A DNA stretch of 64,000 nt from an uncultured Patescibacteria group bacterium (GTDB lineage: Bacteria > Patescibacteriota > Microgenomatia > UBA1400 > PJMF01), in assembly GCA_905478415.1 (NCBI GenBank), contig CAJQIG010000004.1, positions 11,523 through 75,522 on the forward strand, given 5' to 3'. The first letter of the stretch is position 1; each line of letters opens with the position of its first letter. The notes beneath the pieces were generated by a model. The model was given only the letters and a program-made list of their open reading frames with translations, was not told the DNA's origin and made no database searches. This document shows positions 22,668 through 30,137 of this stretch, piece by piece. Made by a program: the position numbers and the translations under genes.

Positions 22668-23243
22668 TTAGCTATCATCCCGATTAAAAATTGCTTCAAA
22701 TTGTTCTTCAACAATAGAGTATTTATCCTCAGTGAAAACAATACAGTGGATATCTTTAATTTTGGTTTCCATATTGGCTGGATCAAAAAAATAGCCACCT
22801 AAACTTCGAGCCATAATAGTAGCTGCCTCTTCAATCGGATATCCATGAATTCCAGTAGCTATGACTGGAAAGGTGATGCTCTCAAGATTATACTGATCAG
22901 CCATCCAAAGACAGTTTTTATAGCAAGCTGCAAGTAGTTCTGCCTCAGCTCCATTTTCTTGCCCATAGATTGGACCAACCGTGTGAATAATATAAGGAAC
23001 TTCCAAATCAAAACCTTCAGTTATAATGACTTGAGAAGGCTCCATACTGCCATATTGACTACAGGCTGCTTTCATACCCGGACCAGCAGCCCTGGTAATG
23101 GCTTTATCAACACCTCCTGCCATCTCGAAATTCCGAGTGGTGGTATTGACAATAGCATTTGTTTTCTCTTGCGTAATATCACCTTGTAGTAAAGTGACTG
23201 TCGGTTGGGTTTTTGATTTCTTCCAGTACTCTTTCTTTAGCAT
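22668..23243 (-). CDS. Macro domain (ADP-ribose binding / YmdB-like) protein with variant active-site motif
   Basis: GDIT, AIVN, GGVDKAI.RAAG, IIHTVGP, FPVIATGIHGYP. Confidence 0.9.
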   Translation of the reverse strand: MLKKEYWKKSKTQPTVTLLQGDITQEKTNAIVNTTTRNFEMAGGVDKAITRAAGPGMKAACSQYGSMEPSQVIITEGFDLEVPYIIHTVGPIYGQENGAEAELLAACYKNCLWMADQYNLESITFPVIATGIHGYPIEEAATIMARSLGGYFFDPANMETKIKDIHCIVFTEDKYSIVEEQFEAIFNRDDS

Positions 23244-23285
23244 TAGACACAGTATGCCACACTCAGATCTTCTTTGCCAAGTGGC

Positions 23286-24833
23286 TTATGTAATATCTTT
23301 CAGAATACGAAATTCTGAGAGATCTTTTGCTAAAAATGTTTCTTCAGTAGAGGTCGTATAACTAGTCCCAACAAGCTCTCCTGTTTCAGTAGTAAAAGAA
23401 GTTGGATCAAATACATGACGGAACTTATCTTTATCTAAAAAGGTAACCAGCGCTTCACCAGCTTGTGCTTGCTTCACTAAAGCGGCAATTGCTGCAAGCA
23501 TCTGAGTATCATCTACCTCTGCATCAGACATATATTTAAAGGTAGATAAAAAAGTTTGCACTGTTGAGTCTGCCAAAACAAAGGAAGCTTTGAATGGAGT
23601 GGTCAATACTATACCTTCGAGTGAGCGAGCGCGTGATAAAGCTACATAGGCTTGCCCATGTGCAAAGGTGCCTCTATCAAAATCGATAATCACATTATCA
23701 AATGTCTTACCTTGACTTTTATGAATGGTAATTGCCCAAGCAAGAGTCAGTGGATACTGTTTAAAAGACCCGGTCACTTCTGTTTGGAGGGTATCTTTTG
23801 CTGGATTGTACTCAACCTTGAACATCTCCCAGGTGTATGGCTCAACTTCAACCCCAGTGCCATCATCAAGGTCAACTAACAAGATATCATCATCTCCAGC
23901 TGTGCCAGCTTTCACACCTACAACTTTACCTAAGCTCCCGTTTACCCATCTGCCTTCACGGTCATTAGCAACCATCATAATCTGGGCACCAACCTTAATT
24001 TCTAACTCTTCGGCAGTCGGTAACATCCGTGTATCAAATTTTCCAGAAGCGTTGCCAGTATACTTAAATCGCTCGTTAAACAAACGATTTAAATGAAAAT
24101 CATTAATCATTTGAGCTTTTTTATTTGTGGTGGTTAAATGAATAAAAAAACGATTACTTGGAGTTTCAAACTGTGGATCAAATCGAGCATTCAAGCGCTC
24201 AACATGCTGCTCATCTAAAGCATTATTCCGGATAGCCTGCAGAATGGTAATAAACGTATCATCTTCCTGTCGGTAAATTTTTTCTAACTCTACAAATTCG
24301 AAATCAAGATCTTCAAACACCCTAGAAGAGAAAAAGTAAGGACTAGCGTACACAGTCGAGAAAATACTTTGTTCCTCACGCCGCACCACAGGTGGCAACT
24401 GCAATAAATCACCGATAAAAACCATCCGAATACCTCCAAAAGGCTGGTTACCATCGGGGCCGTGGAGTCTGAGCATAGCATCAATACAATCGAGCATATC
24501 TGCTCGCACCATAGAAATCTCGTCAATAATGATCATTTCTAATTTTTTAAATAATCCCTTTTTATTTTTATTTCGATAAAAACGCTTAATTTTTTCTACC
24601 GTAATATCTGGTCGAAACCCAAAGAACGAGTGAATTGTCTGACCCTTAACATTCAAAGCAGCGACCCCAGTTGGAGCTAAAATAGCAATCTTTTTCTTGG
24701 TTTCTTGACGGAAAATATCGAGGATTGTTGATTTACCAGTGCCAGCGTTACCCGTTAAGAACATATGACCTGAACCGTTTTCAAGTCTCTCGAGCACTTT
24801 TTGGAGAGGCACATCTAGTTGAGAACTTTTCAT
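23286..24833 (-). CDS. PIF1/RecD-like SF1B helicase with C-terminal WYL-like domain
   Basis: TGNAGTGKS, APTGVAA, IIDEISMV, GDLLQLPPV, WVNGSLG, AWAITIHKSQG, YVALSR. Confidence 0.9.
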   Translation of the reverse strand: MKSSQLDVPLQKVLERLENGSGHMFLTGNAGTGKSTILDIFRQETKKKIAILAPTGVAALNVKGQTIHSFFGFRPDITVEKIKRFYRNKNKKGLFKKLEMIIIDEISMVRADMLDCIDAMLRLHGPDGNQPFGGIRMVFIGDLLQLPPVVRREEQSIFSTVYASPYFFSSRVFEDLDFEFVELEKIYRQEDDTFITILQAIRNNALDEQHVERLNARFDPQFETPSNRFFIHLTTTNKKAQMINDFHLNRLFNERFKYTGNASGKFDTRMLPTAEELEIKVGAQIMMVANDREGRWVNGSLGKVVGVKAGTAGDDDILLVDLDDGTGVEVEPYTWEMFKVEYNPAKDTLQTEVTGSFKQYPLTLAWAITIHKSQGKTFDNVIIDFDRGTFAHGQAYVALSRARSLEGIVLTTPFKASFVLADSTVQTFLSTFKYMSDAEVDDTQMLAAIAALVKQAQAGEALVTFLDKDKFRHVFDPTSFTTETGELVGTSYTTSTEETFLAKDLSEFRILKDIT

Positions 24834-25228
24834 GCAAACACTTCTTGTTCATCCATCCACGCTTGCAAAAACTCAGCAGCTGCATAGTGATCAATATGAC
24901 CGGTACGTTTTGATTTTTTGGCGGTTATTAGTTTCTCATGCACCGTCTTTGAACTGAGCGTTTCATCAGTAAATACCAGAGGAATCGTAGTTACATCAGC
25001 CAGCTGAGATGCAAAGGCACGAGTTTTTTCAGCCATTTCTTGCTCAGAAATACCAATCACAACGGTATCGATATGTTCCTCTGCAATAATTTCTAACAAC
25101 CGAGTAAAGAGATGTTCGTTATTGGGAACAATTTCAAGTGGATCTGCTAAACTGGCTCGACTCACTGCCAGTCCTACACGGACAGTACCATAATCAATTG
25201 CTAAGCATTTTGGAAATTCTACAGACAT
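24830..25228 (-). CDS. ruvX: YqgF/RuvX pre-16S rRNA nuclease
   Basis: LAIDYGTVRVGLAVS, DETLSS, IDHYAAAEFLQ. Confidence 0.92.
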   Translation of the reverse strand: MSVEFPKCLAIDYGTVRVGLAVSRASLADPLEIVPNNEHLFTRLLEIIAEEHIDTVVIGISEQEMAEKTRAFASQLADVTTIPLVFTDETLSSKTVHEKLITAKKSKRTGHIDHYAAAEFLQAWMDEQEVFA

Positions 25229-25262
25229 GTCGGTATTGTAACCTGTTTTCTAGTTGTTCTCA

Positions 25263-26219
25263 CTATTGAATCAGCTGAGCAGTAATCACCCCACGCCTAA
25301 GGTAGGTGCCTTCTGGAGTACAGGTCACCAACTTGAGTTGTCGAGAATCATACTGTTGCGTCAAAATGTACACATCCTCTGGCTGTACCTCAGTTATTTC
25401 TTGCACTACATAGCGATACTGCACACCATCAAAAGTAACCAAAATTTCCTCACCCTTTTTCATGGTCATAATAGTACTAAAAATCGAGTTATATCTACGA
25501 GGATTCTTTTCACTGGGATTATAAAACTGTCGAAGCACCGAGTGACCAAAAATAACTGGAGCTCCCGGATTTCCAGGTAAAGCAGTTCCCTGATAGGCAA
25601 TCAATGACTTATTCAGGTCAGTTCCACCAATAGCTACCTTAGCGTTGGTAATATCTAAACTAGGAATATCAATAGTATATTCTTTTGGAATGTTGGATCC
25701 CTGAGACTGATTTCCTGCTAATTCGGGTAACGTAGCAGAAGTAAACCAGTTATTTAAGTTAGTGTAATCAAGCTCCTCGTCAATAATAATAGGATCTCTA
25801 TCTTCGAGGGAGTCACTGGTCCCCGCCACTACACCAGTTGTGTCAATAACTAATGGAGTCACGTCCATAACTTCCTCTCTAGGAATCGGAGCAAGGAGTG
25901 TTGCTGTCTGTAAAGACGGTGATGTTGAAACGTAGTACGTTAAAATTGGAAATACTGCGCTGCCAACTAAATAGATTCCCAAACTCAGAAAGCTGACTGG
26001 AACAATAAAAGCCCCCATTCTGACAACTTTGGGAATGCGACGTTTGACCTTTTCTTCCCGCTTCTTCTCAAACTCAGTTTCAACGCGTTGACTGACATCT
26101 ATTCTATCAACTTGGTTCTTAATCTTGTCCTCAAGTTCATCCAAAGAAACGCCCCGAAGTAATGCCTTTCGATACAGTGCAACTAGATCAGACTGAAGGG
26201 CAGATGGGGTATTACTCAT
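25263..26219 (-). CDS. Sortase (membrane anchored)
   Basis: IFGHS, LVTCTP, following R; TM helix; start at 26219 overlaps the upstream stop. Confidence 0.9.
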   Translation of the reverse strand: MSNTPSALQSDLVALYRKALLRGVSLDELEDKIKNQVDRIDVSQRVETEFEKKREEKVKRRIPKVVRMGAFIVPVSFLSLGIYLVGSAVFPILTYYVSTSPSLQTATLLAPIPREEVMDVTPLVIDTTGVVAGTSDSLEDRDPIIIDEELDYTNLNNWFTSATLPELAGNQSQGSNIPKEYTIDIPSLDITNAKVAIGGTDLNKSLIAYQGTALPGNPGAPVIFGHSVLRQFYNPSEKNPRRYNSIFSTIMTMKKGEEILVTFDGVQYRYVVQEITEVQPEDVYILTQQYDSRQLKLVTCTPEGTYLRRGVITAQLIQ

Positions 26220-28491
26220 CCTGAACCACCAAAATTTCAACTCTTTCTTTATCAGCCGGCACTTTAGAAACAAAACTTGGGTTAAATACAACAGTCGCTG
26301 ACTTAATTCCTTCGTAATCTTCTAAGTTTCTCATCGCATCAGAACTACTCTTGCCAAGTACGTATTGGAACAAACTCTCTGTATCAACCACCGGAATTGC
26401 TTCTGAAGACAAATTTGCCAAGATGAGCGTGCCACTAGCACTTGCATCAGTATCACCATTTAATGGCTGAGAAAGAATTGAAGGAGCTTCTTCAGAAAGC
26501 ACATACCCTTCGGGAACTTCAGAAGCTAAAATACGGGTTGCTAGAGGCTGTAAGCTAGCAGCTGTATATGTCAAAGCTTCGACCGTCAACTTGAGTGAGG
26601 CGGTTACTTCATTGGTTTCATCATCAACATCGGAGCTAAAGGTAACTGTTTTTTCAACGGTTTCGAGCTTCGGAAGAATATACTCACCGCTTGCCACTTC
26701 GTCCTCAAGTTCTTGGAGAGCCTGCGTCTCCAACTCAGCTTGTAGCTCCTTGAGAGCTTCTGTCTGATCACTGGCTGACACAACTCTTACTTCTCTACTA
26801 GAGCCACCGGTCAAGTCATCTTCGACAATAACTTCATACGTACTCGTATCGAATGACTCGACAGTCATTTCAGTCTCTTTAGCAAGATTTCCATCGGCAC
26901 CAATATCTGTTGCTGTTACCTGAGCGTCAATTTTTCCATACTTTTTTTCTTCTCCAGAGCTTGTCTCTTTGACTGTTGCAGCAGGGACCGTCACAGCTTC
27001 ATCAAAAGTAAAATCTCTGTCGCCAGCGGAAATAACTGTGCCGGCAGCAAACTCTTTCTCAGCAGTTGTTTTGTTGTAAACCATGACTGTACCTTTTGAA
27101 GTTTCACCCACAACTTTAACTCCTGTAGTCAAAATAGTGTTCTCACCAGAGACAGTTTTTTGAATTTTTTGAGCTGCCAGTACTAAATCTTCCACATTAC
27201 TTTCACTAATTTTGGCACTGACTGAAATTTCAGCTTCTTTGGTCACTGGTTTCGTTGCCAACACAATGCCAATTTTGGCCGTAGAAGTAAACATAAATGC
27301 CCAAGCTGCTACAGCTGTAAGCACGAGCAATCCCAATCCAACTCCAAGACCAATAAAAAGACGAGTATTTTTATGATGACGTTGAAAAAATGATTTTTTT
27401 GATTTATGACGTTCTGGATTAAATGTCTGAGCATCACTTGTTTGAGCAACTGGAGTCGCATCCACAACATCTTTTGTCTTTTCTAAAGATGTTTCTGGTG
27501 TGTGAACTTCTGAAGGAATTGGAATTCCAAAAGAAGTCGGAGTATCAATCGCATATTCTGGTTCTGTTGCTGAGGTTGGTGATGCTTCTTGTTTGGTGAC
27601 TTCGGTAAAACCCAACTCTTCAGCTGAAACTGGGCGAAGATTATCCGTTTGATCTGCAACCATAGGAACCTGATCTTTCAATGGGATTGCCACTTTACTC
27701 TTTGCGACAGCCAATCCCTTAGCATCTGCAACCGCCACACCGGCTTCGGTGACTATGCGAGAAATGTAATCTGACTCTGACAACACCGTCACCGTTGGAG
27801 GTTGTAGAAATTTGATCTTATCTTCAAGTGTAGCACTGAGCAATCGTTGCTGAACCTGTGTAACTACACTTGACTCTTCCTCAATGGAGGTAACAATAAT
27901 TTGTGGTGGTAAATATCCTGCTTTGTCATCACCTGCCTGTGAAAAACGAGCCATTCCTTCAATACAGTCATCAACCACACTTTGAGAGCGTCCAACCACT
28001 TCAATTCCAGAAATAGATGCATGCTCCACTACTACTACTGTTACTGTTTTAGCAGCTATTAAAATAAAAATTCCTGAAAAACGAGCATGCTCCCTGACCG
28101 CATAGTTCACAATAGACTCAGTAGTCTCAACAAAACCTATGGGAGAGAGATCTAACTCATCAGTCATCTTCTTGAGCATTGGCTTCTTTTCAGGACTGAT
28201 ATCGCCAGCAGTAATCCAAGTGTTATCTAAGACAAAAATGACGTCATTGATTGTTTCTGACTCTTTACCAAGTTCTTGCAAGGCTGCATCAGCAACTTCA
28301 ACCGCATTTTTAACTCCAGAATAGTGGGTTGTTTTTGAGGTGCGAAGTAACTCGACACCCCCAGCATGTAATCGCAGTAAAAGGGCTTTAATGATAGTAT
28401 CAGAAATCCAAATACCCAAGACTAACATCTCTGGGGCAGTAGATGAATCCGATTCTGCATGTGTATGAGGTACAAGTGATATCAACGGCAT
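26212..28491 (-). CDS. FtsA/PilM-like N-terminal domain + TM + baseplate J/gp47-like extracellular domain
   Basis: N-terminal VLGIWISDTIIKA (actin/RNase-H-fold strand pattern); TM ~aa 390-415; GTVMVYN..AGT..VTVPAA..IGADGNL..LTGG baseplate-J-like pattern; GGAG RBS before ATG 28491. Confidence 0.7.
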   Translation of the reverse strand: MPLISLVPHTHAESDSSTAPEMLVLGIWISDTIIKALLLRLHAGGVELLRTSKTTHYSGVKNAVEVADAALQELGKESETINDVIFVLDNTWITAGDISPEKKPMLKKMTDELDLSPIGFVETTESIVNYAVREHARFSGIFILIAAKTVTVVVVEHASISGIEVVGRSQSVVDDCIEGMARFSQAGDDKAGYLPPQIIVTSIEEESSVVTQVQQRLLSATLEDKIKFLQPPTVTVLSESDYISRIVTEAGVAVADAKGLAVAKSKVAIPLKDQVPMVADQTDNLRPVSAEELGFTEVTKQEASPTSATEPEYAIDTPTSFGIPIPSEVHTPETSLEKTKDVVDATPVAQTSDAQTFNPERHKSKKSFFQRHHKNTRLFIGLGVGLGLLVLTAVAAWAFMFTSTAKIGIVLATKPVTKEAEISVSAKISESNVEDLVLAAQKIQKTVSGENTILTTGVKVVGETSKGTVMVYNKTTAEKEFAAGTVISAGDRDFTFDEAVTVPAATVKETSSGEEKKYGKIDAQVTATDIGADGNLAKETEMTVESFDTSTYEVIVEDDLTGGSSREVRVVSASDQTEALKELQAELETQALQELEDEVASGEYILPKLETVEKTVTFSSDVDDETNEVTASLKLTVEALTYTAASLQPLATRILASEVPEGYVLSEEAPSILSQPLNGDTDASASGTLILANLSSEAIPVVDTESLFQYVLGKSSSDAMRNLEDYEGIKSATVVFNPSFVSKVPADKERVEILVVQDE

Positions 28492-28615
28492 ATATGTATT
28501 CTTTTCTCCACAGAAAAACTCCAACACACTGAGTGTTGTATCTCTATTAAAGCAAACTTCAACACCCTTGAGAAGGTGCGAACCGTGCCTCCATAGGCTG
28601 TATAACTTTTATTAT

Positions 28616-28644
28616 TTGTGTTATTATTAATTATGGGATATAAT
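28616..28644 (+). promoter_or_regulatory. Sigma70 promoter for the LysM gene
   Basis: TTGTGT-17 nt-TATAAT. Confidence 0.65.
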
Positions 28645-28649
28645 TAAAG

Positions 28650-28718
28650 TGCTCATTAACATTCCTTGGCAAGAGGTATAAGGTGTTTATGTCTTGGACA
28701 GCTTATATCTCTTGCCAA
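28650..28718 (+). promoter_or_regulatory. boxA-like element followed by ~22-bp hairpin in 5' leader
   Basis: TGCTCATTAACA (28650-28661); TTGGCAAGAGGTATAAGGTGTT pairs with GACAGCTTATATCTCTTGCCAA (28666-28718). Confidence 0.5.
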
Positions 28719-28757
28719 TAATCTAGTTTTAATCAATGTTTAAAGGAGAGTTTCACA

Positions 28758-29999
28758 GTGTCCTCAGTTGCGAATTATAAAGTATTTCGAGTGGCTATGG
28801 TCATTATTTTGGCTTTAGCGGCACTCACCGCAACACTCCCTGTAAATCAAGTTTTTGCTGATACAGTCACCTGTCAAGATGGATATTACGGTTGGTTCTG
28901 GTCTGATGGCAGTGGTCACTGCACCAGCCTTGGTGCTACCAAAGAGACTAATATCCAGCCTCAGGTAGTGACAACCCCAAATCCAAACGCAGGAAATACC
29001 TATGTAGCTCCTACGGTCTCAAGTTCAAGCTCAACAGTGACTGCAGGCCCTAGCCAAGGCGCATTCGCCTTAGCATCTGCTTGTAATATCACACTTGCTG
29101 AATTTAAGTCGTATAATGGATTGAGTGGACCAAACCCAATCATTGGAGTGGGAACTACATATACATGTAGCCCCTTTGGGGCCCCCCAACAACAATATAA
29201 TACCTATAATCTGCCAACTGCAGAAGGAAGATCTGTTGCTGGAGGAACTGGCTTCACTGTCACAAATGAAGCATCGTGGTCTGACGCCGCCTACAAGTGC
29301 GCAGATGCACGAACAAGTGGTAGTGACATGCAATCACTCAATTATTCATCAGTTGGCTATTTAAATAATGGAGATTTTGTTGTCTGCCCTCTGTTTAACG
29401 ATGCCAGCGATGGATATGTATATGCACCAACTGCTACTGTGATTCCAACAGGCACCCAACAATCATTTTGGGTAGAGCAAATTCAAAAGAATGTAGTGCT
29501 GAGGACTTTAATCCCCATTACTGGTGGATCAGCACTTGCCTTCAGTTATGCTGCCACAGCCGATGTGGCTGCTGTCTTAACAGTTGATGGCATTGTTGTG
29601 GGGTACTTAGCAATAGCTACTCCAGTAACAGGATTTGTAATCTGGCAACTTGCCAGTGCCCGTAGCGCAATCAACATGGACTATGTGATTGCGCAAGCAA
29701 ATGCACAGGCTCAACCACAAGTTGTGCCAACATCTGTTCCTGATACGTTGCAACCACCCATGCCAAACCCCAATGACCCTTGTGGAGCCGCCGAGATCTT
29801 ACTGTCCATTCACTTAGGACAAATGATACCTCTAGGCGGTGGCAACCAGGTTCTATCGGTAATTGGCCGGGCTGACCAAACTATCAGCAATGTTGACCTA
29901 AGTCAGATCCTCCATGTCTTGGAATCATGTGGCTGGGGCGTCAGAAAAATGGATGATCTGCCGAATGGCCAAACAAGGTGGAACGTTTGGCGCAACTAG
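28758..29999 (+). CDS. Secreted/membrane protein with two Cys-containing LysM-like domains
   Basis: AAGGAG RBS, signal peptide (..QVFA), LysM-like AFALASACNITLAEFKSYNGLSGPNPIIGVGTTYTC, hydrophobic segment, Pro-rich linker, small C-terminal domain. Confidence 0.65.
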   Translation: MSSVANYKVFRVAMVIILALAALTATLPVNQVFADTVTCQDGYYGWFWSDGSGHCTSLGATKETNIQPQVVTTPNPNAGNTYVAPTVSSSSSTVTAGPSQGAFALASACNITLAEFKSYNGLSGPNPIIGVGTTYTCSPFGAPQQQYNTYNLPTAEGRSVAGGTGFTVTNEASWSDAAYKCADARTSGSDMQSLNYSSVGYLNNGDFVVCPLFNDASDGYVYAPTATVIPTGTQQSFWVEQIQKNVVLRTLIPITGGSALAFSYAATADVAAVLTVDGIVVGYLAIATPVTGFVIWQLASARSAINMDYVIAQANAQAQPQVVPTSVPDTLQPPMPNPNDPCGAAEILLSIHLGQMIPLGGGNQVLSVIGRADQTISNVDLSQILHVLESCGWGVRKMDDLPNGQTRWNVWRN

Positions 30000-30081
30000 A
30001 TTAGGAAAGTTAATTTTCTATTAAAGAAAGTCTATTTTTGGCGAGAGACGCTTTCTTTGAAAGAAAATTTTTGAGCTTCAT

Positions 30082-30115
30082 AAAGCCACCTGCACTAAAA
30101 CAGGTGGCTTTTTTT
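30082..30115 (+). terminator. Intrinsic (probably bidirectional) terminator
   Basis: AAAGCCACCTG/CAGGTGGCTTT + T-tract between convergent genes. Confidence 0.85.
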
Positions 30116-30137
30116 ATCTCTTAGTCAAGAAATGCAG

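Noticed and set aside
26212-28491. Prophage or contractile injection system
   Set aside because: No sheath, tube, terminase, capsid or integrase nearby; protein is membrane-anchored among housekeeping genes.
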